Source: Geopsychrobacteraceae bacterium (GTDB lineage: Bacteria; Desulfobacterota; Desulfuromonadia; Desulfuromonadales; Geopsychrobacteraceae). Taken from it: a DNA stretch of 64,000 nucleotides. Location of the stretch: contig CAXXTB010000002.1 of assembly GCA_963676795.2 (NCBI GenBank), positions 1,824,001 to 1,888,000 on the forward strand, in the 5' to 3' direction. The translations under genes were made by a program, and so were the position numbers. This document shows positions 41,759-51,408 of the stretch, piece by piece (position 1 is the first letter of the stretch; each line of letters opens with the position of its first letter). Below the pieces are notes generated by a model, which saw only the letters and a program-made list of their open reading frames with translations, was not told the origin of the DNA and made no database searches.

Positions 41759-43309
41759 ATGATATCACAAATTAAAATAAAGACAGATACAACGTCAGAA
41801 ATCAGCTTGCCGGAAGGGGAATTGATCCTCCCCTCTTCCCCCCAGGTTGCAGTCCGCGTTCTCTCGGCATTGCAGAATTCAGACAATCCGATCGCGGAGC
41901 TGTCGGAAATCATTTCTGCGGATCCCGCCCTGGCCGGTAAAACTCTCAAGCTGGCCAACTCGAGCTTCTACTCGCTGCCAAACAAGGTGACAAATATTCA
42001 GCGTGCGATAACAATCCTGGGAACCAATCTGGTCAAGAACATTGCGCTGTCGTTTATTATTGCCAATGACCCGGAGTACAGAAAAGCGGACCTCCAGATT
42101 GAGAGCTACTGGAAACGGTCCGTGACGGCAGCCGTTGCCGCTGAACTGCTCACCCAGAAACTCGCCAGGCAGGATGAGGACATCTTTGTCTGCGGACTGC
42201 TGCACAATATTGGTACACTGATCATATACATGCAACGCCCGGACGAAATGAGGGGGCTACTCGATAGAATTGTCCTGTCGCAGGAATCGCCAACCGAGCT
42301 GGAAAAGTCTCAATTCGGAACAACCCACCAGGAGATTGGCGCGCTGTTGATTCGCCAGTGGGGGCTGCCGGAAACCGTCTACCTGCCAATCCGTTATCAC
42401 CATATGCCGGATGAGGCCCCTGCCGGCTACCGCGATATCGCCCTGATTCTCAATCTGGCCGACCAGATTTCAGCGATCTACAGTGATCCTGAAAGTGGCA
42501 CGACAGCTCACGCCCTTCAGGCCGCCCTCGCCCGCCACTATTCTTTTGATAAAAATTCCTCGATAGAACTGCTTGATGAGATCGCAGAAAGAAGTGTCGA
42601 AATCCTCAAAGCCTTCGAAATCGATGCCGGAGATATCAAGCCCTACTCGCAGATGCTTCAGGAAGCCAACCAGCAGCTTGGACGCCTGAACCTGTCCTAC
42701 GAACAACTGGTTATTGAGCTTAAAGAGGCCAAAGAAAAATCAGACCGGCTGGCTAACGCGTTGAAGGTGGCCAACGAGCGCCTGAGCAATCTGGCCTATA
42801 CCGACTCGCTGACCGGTCTCTACAACCATCGTTATTTCCAGCAGCAACTCAACACGGAAATCGCCCGTGGTACACGCTATGGCTTTCCCGTCTCCCTGGT
42901 GCTGTTCGATATCGATTATTTCAAATCTGTCAATGACAGATTCGGCCACCTCGCCGGTGACAACGTCCTGGTCGCCATTGCCCGGACGGTAGGACAGATC
43001 GTGCGCCCCAGTGACATGGTTGCCCGCTACGGAGGCGAAGAGTTCGCTATCATTCTCCCCCAGACCGATCTGGGGGGCTTAAGTACCTTTGCGACCCGGC
43101 TGCGCCGCGCCGTCGAACAGATTGTCACCAGATACGAAGGCCATGAGATCCTCGTCACCATCAGCGTCGGAGGAACGACCTTCAGTCCAGACCAGACCAG
43201 CATCAACAAGGAGCAACTGATCGACACTGCCGACCGGGGACTCTATATGTCAAAAGGTAACGGCCGCAATCAGGTCACTATACTGGCTATCGACAACGTG
43301 CCCGGATGA
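41759..43309 (+). CDS. HDOD-GGDEF diguanylate cyclase
   Basis: DPALAG..LKLANS, GLLHNIG, W.LP...RYHH, DSLTGLYN, RPSD I-site, GGEEF. Confidence 0.9.
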   Translation: MISQIKIKTDTTSEISLPEGELILPSSPQVAVRVLSALQNSDNPIAELSEIISADPALAGKTLKLANSSFYSLPNKVTNIQRAITILGTNLVKNIALSFIIANDPEYRKADLQIESYWKRSVTAAVAAELLTQKLARQDEDIFVCGLLHNIGTLIIYMQRPDEMRGLLDRIVLSQESPTELEKSQFGTTHQEIGALLIRQWGLPETVYLPIRYHHMPDEAPAGYRDIALILNLADQISAIYSDPESGTTAHALQAALARHYSFDKNSSIELLDEIAERSVEILKAFEIDAGDIKPYSQMLQEANQQLGRLNLSYEQLVIELKEAKEKSDRLANALKVANERLSNLAYTDSLTGLYNHRYFQQQLNTEIARGTRYGFPVSLVLFDIDYFKSVNDRFGHLAGDNVLVAIARTVGQIVRPSDMVARYGGEEFAIILPQTDLGGLSTFATRLRRAVEQIVTRYEGHEILVTISVGGTTFSPDQTSINKEQLIDTADRGLYMSKGNGRNQVTILAIDNVPG

Positions 43310-43333
43310 ATCAGACCGGACCAGGATGAATAA

Positions 43334-44878
43334 ATGCAAACGCAACTGAATCACAAAAAGATTATCGATCTTATTTCACAGGACCTTGAGCTGCCATCTC
43401 CGTCACTGGTTGCGGTGAAAATCCTCAACGCCGTCAACCAGGACAAGGATGCCCTGACCAGCCTCGGCGAGGTCATTGCCACAGATCCATCCCTGACCGC
43501 AAAGCTGCTCAAACTCGCCAATTCGGTCGCCTTCAGAGCAAACGGGCCGATCAAGACCATCGACCGGGCGCTGACCCATCTTGGTACCAACCTGATCAAG
43601 AACGTTGCTCTTTCCTTTGTCATTTCCGAGCAGTTCAGTGATGCGGAAAACTCCCCGCTCGACCTGAAGCTGTTCTGGAAACGGTCATTCGTCACCGCTA
43701 TCGCTGCGGAACAGTTGCGCAATACCTGTTTTCACAAGGATGAGTCGATCTTCATTGCCGCCCTGTTGCTACACCTGGGTATGCTGGTCGTCGCCCAGAC
43801 CAAGGGCAGCGAGTACAAAACCCTGATCAGTGAAGCGGAAAAATATGCCGACGACCTGGCCCAACTGGAGATGGAAAGCTTCGGTTACAGCCATTTCCAG
43901 GTCGCCTATGCTCTTTTAAAGAAGTGGAACATCGCTGACGACATCGCCGAACTGCTTCTCTTCCATCCCGAACAATCGATACCTGCGGAACTGAAAAAAT
44001 CACTTACGATTGTACGTTGCGCTGAACAGATCGCCAGCATCTGCCTGGATAGCTCAATCGCCGAGAAGGCCAGACAGCTCTCGGTTCTCATGAAAGACGA
44101 GCTGTCAATCGATGAGCAGACTGCAGGAGAACTCTATGACCTGGTTGCTGAGAACAGTGCGGAATTACTGCGCAGTTTCGAATTTGACGACGCCGAAACA
44201 CGCCCCTACTCCAGCCTGATCGAAGAAGCGAACCGAGAGCTGGCAACCATGAACCTGAGCCAGGCGCAGCTCGTGCTGGAGATGAAAGAAGCGCGGGTGA
44301 AGGCAGAGCAACTGACACTGCAGCTGAAAAAGGCCAACGCGAAACTGAAAAATCTCGCATACAAGGATGGCCTGACCTGCCTCTATAATCACAGGTATTT
44401 TCAGGAGTCACTGACCAATGAGCTGGCCCGGGCGACCCGGTATCATTCATCGCTGTCGCTGATCCTCTTCGACATCGATCACTTCAAAGGGATAAACGAC
44501 TCTCTCGGCCATCAGGCCGGCGATCAGATCCTGGTCAATATCGCCAATGCCGTGCGTCTTGCCGTGCGCCCAAGTGACATCGTCTCACGTCACGGTGGAG
44601 ACGAGTTTGCCGTGATTCTTCCCGAAACCAACGAAGCGGGTGCAAAGGTTTTTGCCTCGCGGCTCAGACGCTGCGTTGAAGGGATAGCGACCGAGGTCGA
44701 CAAACAACTCCTCTACGTGACAATCAGCATCGGTGTCTGTACCGTCAGCCAGGAACAGGGGAAAATCAGCAAAGAAGAGCTCATCTGTGCCGCCGACAAA
44801 GGTCTCTACCAGTCCAAACAGAACGGCCGCAACCAGATCACCTCGATCGCCCTTGAAACTCTCGCTGCCAACGCCTGA
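43334..44878 (+). CDS. HDOD-GGDEF diguanylate cyclase (paralog)
   Basis: DPSLTAKLLKLANS, DGLTCLYN, RPSD I-site, GGDEF. Confidence 0.9.
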   Translation: MQTQLNHKKIIDLISQDLELPSPSLVAVKILNAVNQDKDALTSLGEVIATDPSLTAKLLKLANSVAFRANGPIKTIDRALTHLGTNLIKNVALSFVISEQFSDAENSPLDLKLFWKRSFVTAIAAEQLRNTCFHKDESIFIAALLLHLGMLVVAQTKGSEYKTLISEAEKYADDLAQLEMESFGYSHFQVAYALLKKWNIADDIAELLLFHPEQSIPAELKKSLTIVRCAEQIASICLDSSIAEKARQLSVLMKDELSIDEQTAGELYDLVAENSAELLRSFEFDDAETRPYSSLIEEANRELATMNLSQAQLVLEMKEARVKAEQLTLQLKKANAKLKNLAYKDGLTCLYNHRYFQESLTNELARATRYHSSLSLILFDIDHFKGINDSLGHQAGDQILVNIANAVRLAVRPSDIVSRHGGDEFAVILPETNEAGAKVFASRLRRCVEGIATEVDKQLLYVTISIGVCTVSQEQGKISKEELICAADKGLYQSKQNGRNQITSIALETLAANA

Positions 44879-44956
44879 CCGTCACTCAATACTGGCATCT
44901 CGCTATAGAGCATGATAATTTATCCTGGTCCACTACTCTGACGGTCACCCGAACTC

Positions 44957-46087
44957 ATGAAATCGATCAACGCGAAATACCAGCTTTCGGTCGTCGATAA
45001 TGCAGCGACACTGACCCTGACCGGGGCCTGGGAGTACTCGAACGGCATCCCCGATGCGGCGGCGCTCATCGCGGAATTGCGTGATCAGCGACCGGCGACG
45101 CTCAGCTTCCGCTGCGACGCGCTTCAGAGTTGGGACAGTGGCCTGATGGTCTTTCTGATGACCCTGGTGAATCTCGGCAAGGAGTTTGCCCTCGCCTTTG
45201 AAACCGACAGTCTGCCCCCCGGAGCCCAAAAACTTCTGACCCTGGCCCTGGCAGTTCCTGAGCGCTCAATGCCGAGGCGGACCAACCTCGGCCAACCGAT
45301 CATCGCCAAGATCGGCAACATCACCATCGAAGCCCATAGAAATTGGAATGAGCTGCTCAGTTTTCTCGGCGAGACCTTTATCTCCCTGACGAAATTTGTC
45401 ACAGGCAAAGCACGCTTTCGCTATTCGGACCTCCTCTTTCAGATCGAATCTGCCGGGCCGGCGGCCCTGTTCATCGTCACCCTGATCAGTCTGCTGGTCG
45501 GCATGATCCTCGCCTTTGTCGGTGCTGTTCAGCTCAAGATGTTCGGTGCGGAAATCTTCATTGCCAACCTCGTCGGCCTTGGCATGGCCCGCGAGATGGG
45601 CGCCATGATGACGGCTGTCATTATGGCCGGCCGAACCGGTGCGGCCTACGCAGCTCAGCTTGGCACCATGCAGACCAACGAGGAGATCGACGCCCTGCGG
45701 ACGATGGGCATCTCGCCGATCGACTATCTTGTTCTGCCGCGCCTGCTCGCCCTCTGCCTGACCATGCCGCTACTCTGCGTCTATGCGGATTTCATGGGCA
45801 TCCTCGGCGGTGCATTCATCAGTGCCACGATGATGGACATCTCGTTCAATCAGTATTATCTGCAAATTCAGGATTTTGTGACCCTCAATCACTTCATCGT
45901 GGGCATTGCCAAGGCGACCGTTTTCGGAATCCTTGTCGCCACAGCGGGCTGCTTTCGTGGCCTGCAGTGCGGGCGGACCGCTTCGGCCGTCGGTTTTGCC
46001 ACGACCAGTGCGGTGGTCACCTCGATCGTGCTGATTATTGTCGCCGATGCGGTCATGACCGTCGTCTGCCAGCTGCTGGGGGTCTGA
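44957..46087 (+). CDS. MlaE-type ABC permease with N-terminal STAS-like domain
   Basis: WDSG (STAS), REMGAMMTAVIMAGRTG, EEIDALRTMG. Confidence 0.9.
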   Translation: MKSINAKYQLSVVDNAATLTLTGAWEYSNGIPDAAALIAELRDQRPATLSFRCDALQSWDSGLMVFLMTLVNLGKEFALAFETDSLPPGAQKLLTLALAVPERSMPRRTNLGQPIIAKIGNITIEAHRNWNELLSFLGETFISLTKFVTGKARFRYSDLLFQIESAGPAALFIVTLISLLVGMILAFVGAVQLKMFGAEIFIANLVGLGMAREMGAMMTAVIMAGRTGAAYAAQLGTMQTNEEIDALRTMGISPIDYLVLPRLLALCLTMPLLCVYADFMGILGGAFISATMMDISFNQYYLQIQDFVTLNHFIVGIAKATVFGILVATAGCFRGLQCGRTASAVGFATTSAVVTSIVLIIVADAVMTVVCQLLGV

Positions 46088-46088
46088 G

Positions 46089-46841
46089 ATGAGCACCGCA
46101 GCCCACCTGGTGATACGTGACCTGACCATGAGCTATGGCCAGACGATCATACAGAAGGATCTCAATTTTTCGGTGGCACGCGGCGAAGTCATGGCGATCA
46201 TGGGCGGCAGCGGCTGTGGCAAAAGTACCCTGCTGCGCCATCTGATCGGCCTGGTGCCACCGGCTTCCGGAGAAATTCTGCTCGACGGTATCGATATCTG
46301 GAACACTGATGAACAGACCAGGCTGAGTCTGATCAGTCGTTCCGGGGTTCTCTATCAGGGGGGGGCTCTGTGGAGCTCTCTGACCCTGCGCGAAAACATC
46401 TCCCTGCCGCTGCAGGAATATTCGAAGCTCTCCGCCAAGGAGATCTCGGCTCTGGCCAGCTACAAACTGTCACTGGTCGGCCTGGCGGGGTTCGAGGACT
46501 ACTATCCGTCCGAGATCAGCGGCGGCATGCAGAAACGCGCCGGTCTGGCGCGTGCCATAGCCCTGGATCCCGAAATTCTGTTCTTTGACGAGCCCTCGGC
46601 GGGGCTCGATCCGGTCAGTTCAAAGCGCCTCGATGACCTGATCATTCAACTCAGGGACAGCCTCGGCGCAACAGTTGTCATTGTCACCCACGAACTGGCC
46701 AGTATCTTCGAGATTGCCGACAATTCGGTGTTTCTTGACAGTGACGCGAAAACCATGATTGCTTCCGGACCTCCCAGGGAACTGCTGAAAAGCTCCGACG
46801 ATCCTCGGGTTCTGAACTTTCTGCAACGCTCAACAGCCTGA
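46089..46841 (+). CDS. MlaF/Mkl-type ABC ATPase
   Basis: GGSGCGKS, ISGGMQKRAGLARA, FFDEPSAGLDP. Confidence 0.93.
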   Translation: MSTAAHLVIRDLTMSYGQTIIQKDLNFSVARGEVMAIMGGSGCGKSTLLRHLIGLVPPASGEILLDGIDIWNTDEQTRLSLISRSGVLYQGGALWSSLTLRENISLPLQEYSKLSAKEISALASYKLSLVGLAGFEDYYPSEISGGMQKRAGLARAIALDPEILFFDEPSAGLDPVSSKRLDDLIIQLRDSLGATVVIVTHELASIFEIADNSVFLDSDAKTMIASGPPRELLKSSDDPRVLNFLQRSTA

Positions 46842-46862
46842 CAGACGGGAAAGCGACACACT

Positions 46863-47924
46863 ATGCGAAAACGTATCGATCCAAGAGTCATCGGCAGCTT
46901 TGTCATCGGCGCAGTAATACTCGTCGTTGCCGGTCTCATCTTCTTCGGACCAGGAGGCCTGTTCTCCGAGACCAGAAAGTATGTTGTCTATTTTGACAGC
47001 TCGGTAAAGGGTCTCAACGTCGGCTCGCCGGTTCGCTTTCGTGGCGTCAAGGTCGGCCAGGTCAGCGATATCAATATTCGTGTCAAGCCCTCGACATTCC
47101 AGTTTCACATTCCGGTTGTCATTGAGATCCTCCCCTCCCGGATTCGTGCCGAAGGGAGTCAGGAGGGGCTTTTTGATGCGCTCAAAACTCCGTTCAAAGG
47201 GCGCGACCCGATGCTCTCACTGGTCGAAAAGGGGTTGCGTGTCCAGCTCCAGCTGGACAGCCTTGTCACCGGCCAGCTGTTCGTCAACATGGATATGCTG
47301 CCTGATACCCCCATCCAGTTGACCGGCCATCTCAACGATTATCCCGAGCTCCCCTCCGTCAACTCCAGCTTCGAGGAGCTGACCCAGACCATCGAGGATA
47401 TCCCGCTCAACGAACTTGCGGAAAAACTGATCAAATCGGCTGAAGGGTTCGAGAAACTCATCAACTCGCAGGAACTACACCGGGCGATCCGCAGGCTCGA
47501 TGAAACAACCCTGTTGATCAACAGCGTCCTGACCACCCTCAATAGCAACATCGGTCCAGTGACCGACAGTCTGCAGACCACCATGGCCCGGGCCCAGCAA
47601 ACCATAACCAATCTCGACCGCAACCTGACCCCGCTGATTCTCGAAACACGCCAGACGATCAGCAAGCTCGACGCAAAGATCGATCCGGCCAGCATGCAGC
47701 TGGAAGAGAGTCTCGGTGCCGTGAAGGCGGCGGCAAACACCACAAGTGAAGCGGCACAGCAGCTGAAAGACCTGACCTCAGATGATTCAGCAACCCTGCA
47801 ACGGCTCAATACCACCCTCAAAGATCTTCACGACACCTCACGTTCCCTGCGCTACTTCGCCAAAGAACTTGAACAGGACCCCCAGATACTGCTCAGAGGA
47901 CACATCCAGGGAGATAACCAATGA
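46863..47924 (+). CDS. MCE/MlaD family protein with long helical tail
   Basis: N-terminal TM, SVKGLNVGSPVRFRGVKVGQV, coiled-coil, terminal P..LLRG. Confidence 0.9.
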   Translation: MRKRIDPRVIGSFVIGAVILVVAGLIFFGPGGLFSETRKYVVYFDSSVKGLNVGSPVRFRGVKVGQVSDINIRVKPSTFQFHIPVVIEILPSRIRAEGSQEGLFDALKTPFKGRDPMLSLVEKGLRVQLQLDSLVTGQLFVNMDMLPDTPIQLTGHLNDYPELPSVNSSFEELTQTIEDIPLNELAEKLIKSAEGFEKLINSQELHRAIRRLDETTLLINSVLTTLNSNIGPVTDSLQTTMARAQQTITNLDRNLTPLILETRQTISKLDAKIDPASMQLEESLGAVKAAANTTSEAAQQLKDLTSDDSATLQRLNTTLKDLHDTSRSLRYFAKELEQDPQILLRGHIQGDNQ

Positions 47925-48496
47925 TCAGAGGACTTCTTTTGCTGCTGCCACTTTTGTTACTGTCAGCCTGCATCAGCTTCAATGAACCACCTCAGACCCA
48001 CTACTATCTGCTTGAGGCCGACGACAGTATCACTCTGAGCTATGCTGAGAATCATGACGTCATCAATGTCCGGCTTGTGGGTTTCCCGGAAAGCCTCGAT
48101 CGCCAGCAGCTGCTGCTCAAGGATCAGGCCAACATGGTGCGGATCATCAATACCGAACGCTGGGCCGAGCCGCTGGCGGAGAATATACAGGCCGTCATTC
48201 GAAGTAACCTGCAGCGCCACTTTCCGAACGCGACCGTCAACGCCGGGATATGGCACAAATTGGCTGATGACTCGAAACAACTGCAGATCTGGGTCAATCA
48301 GTTCATCGGCTCCCTCGGCACAGAGACGGTTGTCGAACTGAGCTGGCAGCTCAGATCCGGCAACCAGGTTATTCATCATGGCCGATTTTTAGACAAACAG
48401 AAAATTGGCACTCGCTATCAGGACTATGTCGCGGGGCTGAACAGGTCGGTCAATAATTTCTGCGCGAAACTGAGCCGGGAAATAGCGGGCGAGTGA
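47921..48496 (+). CDS. PqiC family outer membrane lipoprotein
   Basis: Lipobox LSAC, YYLL, P..LDR, RWAEPL. Confidence 0.85.
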   Translation: MIRGLLLLLPLLLLSACISFNEPPQTHYYLLEADDSITLSYAENHDVINVRLVGFPESLDRQQLLLKDQANMVRIINTERWAEPLAENIQAVIRSNLQRHFPNATVNAGIWHKLADDSKQLQIWVNQFIGSLGTETVVELSWQLRSGNQVIHHGRFLDKQKIGTRYQDYVAGLNRSVNNFCAKLSREIAGE

Positions 48497-48712
48497 AAAG
48501 GGAGACACGAGTTTCCCTCAGGCTATTGATAACTCCTGAACAGGAAAGCGTAGTTTGTTTCAACTGATTTTATCAAAACTCCACTCTGTGGAATTTTTGC
48601 GGTTCTGCCCTTGTGCTGAGCCTGCTCAGCGCTGGGCGCTTTGTCGGGTGCTGGTGCGAACCAACGAAGAAATGAAGGAGAGAATACAACAATTTAAAAG
48701 GGCGTTTTTGTT

Positions 48713-48865
48713 CTTGCTTTTTGGGGCCCTGGCCAAAAAGCAAGGCGGCGTGCGGGGCCGAGACCCCGCGGTTTTGACTGTTAAAATCCTGAAAATCAAA
48801 TGCAGAACCGGCGGGTCTTGTCCCGCCAGACGACTGACTTTCCTTTGATCGCAAAGGAAAATCAG
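48713..48865. repeat. Inverted doublet of double-hairpin (REP-like) units
   Basis: Stems at 48713-48744 (12 bp), 48752-48769, 48810-48827 and 48834-48865 (14 bp, 1 mismatch); the two halves share architecture on opposite strands. Confidence 0.55.
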
Positions 48866-49027
48866 CAATGGAAACTCTTTATATACTGACGTAAGCTGCT
48901 CATGTCACTTAAGCAACGGCTCACACCAGCTAAATGGAAGACGCCCAACGATGAGCTGCGTTCATCTAACGGGCAAAACCAAACTATTGCTTGCCGGAAG
49001 CTGACTCTGTCAGCTGTCCGGCATCAA

Positions 49028-50449
49028 TTATTCAAGAATAAAATCACGCCCCAACCCGATCAGGTGATTCAGAGCTGCCAGCGATGCCGCTTCGGCGTAC
49101 AGCCTGACCACCGGCTCGGTTCCCGACTTGCGGAACAACAGCCAGGACCCGTCCTTAAACAGGTACTTGTTCCCGTCAATCCGGATGATCCGTTCAATTT
49201 CACAATCGCCAAAGGCCGTCAGCTCGCGTTCGTGTTTTTTCGGGAGCGCCTCCTCAAGCTGGGACGAGAGACGGATATTGATCCGCTTGGTGTAGAGTTC
49301 GCCAACCCGTGCATAAAGGTCGGCAAGCAGCTCTTTAAGTGAGCGCTGCTCGACAGCCACCATCTCCGCCACAAGCAGGCAGGCCAGAATCCCGTCCTTT
49401 TCCGGCACATGCCCCTTGATACTCAATCCGGCACTTTCCTCCCCACCGATCAGGATCTTCTCCTGGCTGATGTACTCGCCGATGTATTTAAATCCGACCG
49501 GCGTCTCCAGCACCTCGACCCCGTGATACCTGGCAACCTTGTCGACCAGCTGCGAGGTTGCAACACTACGGGCCGCATTCCCGCGCTGCCCTTTGCGCCG
49601 GATCAGATAATCGAACAACAGGGCCAGGATGTAATTCGGCTCAATAAAGCCGCCGTCGGAATCGACGATGCCGAAACGATCGGCATCTCCATCGGTCGCC
49701 AGTCCCAGGCCGATCGAGTCATCATGGCGGACCAGATTGATAAAATCCTCGATATGGGCTTCAGCCGGTTCCGGCGGTTCTCCGCCGAAGTAAGGGTCGA
49801 GATGATCATTGATCTTAACGATGGAAACGCCCGATTCTTCGAGGATTCTGTCGAGATAGCCCCGCCCGGAACCATAGAGGGGATTGACGGCGATTTTCAG
49901 ACCGGAAGCCGCAATAGCCTTGAAATCGATCAGTTTCCTGAGGGTTGCGAAATAGTTTTCACGCGGATCGATCTCTTCAAACAGTCCCATTTCCGTGGCC
50001 TCGGTCAGATCGATCTCTTTATAGACAATCTCGTCGAGCATTGTATTGGCACGGTTTTCAATGTCCTTGGTTGTTTCCGGCAAAGCCGGCCCACCCCAGG
50101 CCGGGGAAAATTTGATCCCGTTATAATTGTAGGGATTATGACTGGCGGTAAAATTGATCGCACCGGCCGCCTGACGGCGCAGCAGTTCGTGCGAAATGAC
50201 CGGTGTCGGTGTATCACGCTGACAAAGGAAGACCTTGATCCCCGCCCCTGCCAGAATTTTAGCTGTCTCCCGGGCAAAATCAGCGCCCATGAAGCGGGCA
50301 TCGTAACCGACCACAACGCCCTTGTCCGCGATACCCTCCTGACGGAGATGATCGGCGATCGCCTGAGAAACGACACGTACGTTACTCAGGGTGAAATCCT
50401 CACAAAGAATCCCGCGCCAACCGGAAGTGCCAAACTTGATATGTGTCAT
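49028..50449 (-). CDS. Phosphoglucomutase/phosphomannomutase family protein
   Basis: IKFGTSGWRG, TASHNP, DGDADR, GGEESAG, RKSGTEP. Confidence 0.95.
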   Translation of the reverse strand: MTHIKFGTSGWRGILCEDFTLSNVRVVSQAIADHLRQEGIADKGVVVGYDARFMGADFARETAKILAGAGIKVFLCQRDTPTPVISHELLRRQAAGAINFTASHNPYNYNGIKFSPAWGGPALPETTKDIENRANTMLDEIVYKEIDLTEATEMGLFEEIDPRENYFATLRKLIDFKAIAASGLKIAVNPLYGSGRGYLDRILEESGVSIVKINDHLDPYFGGEPPEPAEAHIEDFINLVRHDDSIGLGLATDGDADRFGIVDSDGGFIEPNYILALLFDYLIRRKGQRGNAARSVATSQLVDKVARYHGVEVLETPVGFKYIGEYISQEKILIGGEESAGLSIKGHVPEKDGILACLLVAEMVAVEQRSLKELLADLYARVGELYTKRINIRLSSQLEEALPKKHERELTAFGDCEIERIIRIDGNKYLFKDGSWLLFRKSGTEPVVRLYAEAASLAALNHLIGLGRDFILE

Positions 50450-50552
50450 GGATAGATCTCCTGTGGTTGTAGAAGAACAGATTATACAAGTAAGAAGCTT
50501 ATCACAGTATCGTCGCCTGCGCTGACCAGAAGTCATGCAGTCAGAAAGATCA

Positions 50553-50849
50553 TCATTCCCCCCTGGAAGGACCAGAGTCTCGCAGTAACTTCACGTAAGG
50601 GCAATCGTCCGGCAGGATGCCCGCCTCGACAAATTCGTGGGTCAGGCTGACGCATTCCGGATGGCGCTTTGACCTGTCGTGGTACACCGTACAGGCCTTT
50701 GTTTTCAAATCAAGATACTGGCAGGGTGTTCTGGTATAAAGGATCTTGTCACGGTATTCATACTTTTCATAACAGCAGCGACCACAGCGTTCGCAGATCT
50801 CTTCCCAGGCGGGACTTCCAGCTTCAATATCATGCAGCTTTTTTATCAA
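50553..50849 (-). CDS. YcgN/YkgJ-like CxxCxxCC cysteine cluster protein
   Basis: WEEICERCGRCC...PCQYLD....CTVY..R....C...LPDDCPY; start uncertain. Confidence 0.8.
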   Translation of the reverse strand: MIKKLHDIEAGSPAWEEICERCGRCCYEKYEYRDKILYTRTPCQYLDLKTKACTVYHDRSKRHPECVSLTHEFVEAGILPDDCPYVKLLRDSGPSRGE

Positions 50850-51059
50850 GGTATTCGTCTCACATCAAAGAAAATACGGTTATGCAGCAGCCCTATCTTT
50901 GTCATAAGAATGCCTGTTGTGCAAGCAATCACAGGAGGCCATGCTGTTTAGTGCTCATTTTCAGCAACCACTAAAAAAATATTGACTCATAAAATCAAAT
51001 TCGCTATTAGTAAGCGTTCTGTAAACGGACCATAGCAATAACGCTGGGAGGAAGAGATA

Positions 51060-51350
51060 ATGCAGTGCCAAACTGTTCTTGCAGGAACTGAATGTAACTT
51101 TTGGAAAAAATCCGGTTGCAGCGCCGAAAACGGCAGCTGCCAGACCATCGTAGCAGAATGTGAAGGTTGTGAGCGTATTGCCGAAGGAACTATCGGCAAG
51201 GTCTGCACCAGCTATCCTAACCCTGCTGCAAAATGGGCCACAGGCCTGTGCAACTTCGCAACTCACAAGAAGGTTGACATCAAGACTATTGATGTTCGCG
51301 TCAACCCGCTTAAAGCTGCCAAGCGTGCCGCTGCAGGTAAGAAGAAATAA
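51060..51350 (+). CDS. PxxKW family cysteine-rich protein
   Basis: C..IV..CEGC, C..YP.PAAKW..G.C.FATH, NPLKAAKR; GGAGG RBS; upstream TTGACT-17 bp-TATTAG. Confidence 0.88.
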   Translation: MQCQTVLAGTECNFWKKSGCSAENGSCQTIVAECEGCERIAEGTIGKVCTSYPNPAAKWATGLCNFATHKKVDIKTIDVRVNPLKAAKRAAAGKKK

Positions 51351-51376
51351 TCCTTCTTGGCTACTTACTGCTTCTG

Positions 51377-51408
51377 AAAAGGGCTGCCGAACATCCGGCA
51401 GCCCTTTT
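51377..51408. terminator. Bidirectional intrinsic terminator
   Basis: AAAAGGGCTGCCG-AACATC-CGGCAGCCCTTTT between convergent genes. Confidence 0.88.

Noticed and set aside
48555..48868. Three overlapping short ORFs in the hairpin region
   Set aside because: No family motifs and atypical composition; better explained by the repeat structure
48935..49020. GEMM (c-di-GMP/c-AMP-GMP) riboswitch suggested by GGGCAAAACC
   Set aside because: Lacks the GAAA-capped P2 and GCAAAGC P3 elements and is not upstream of a same-strand gene
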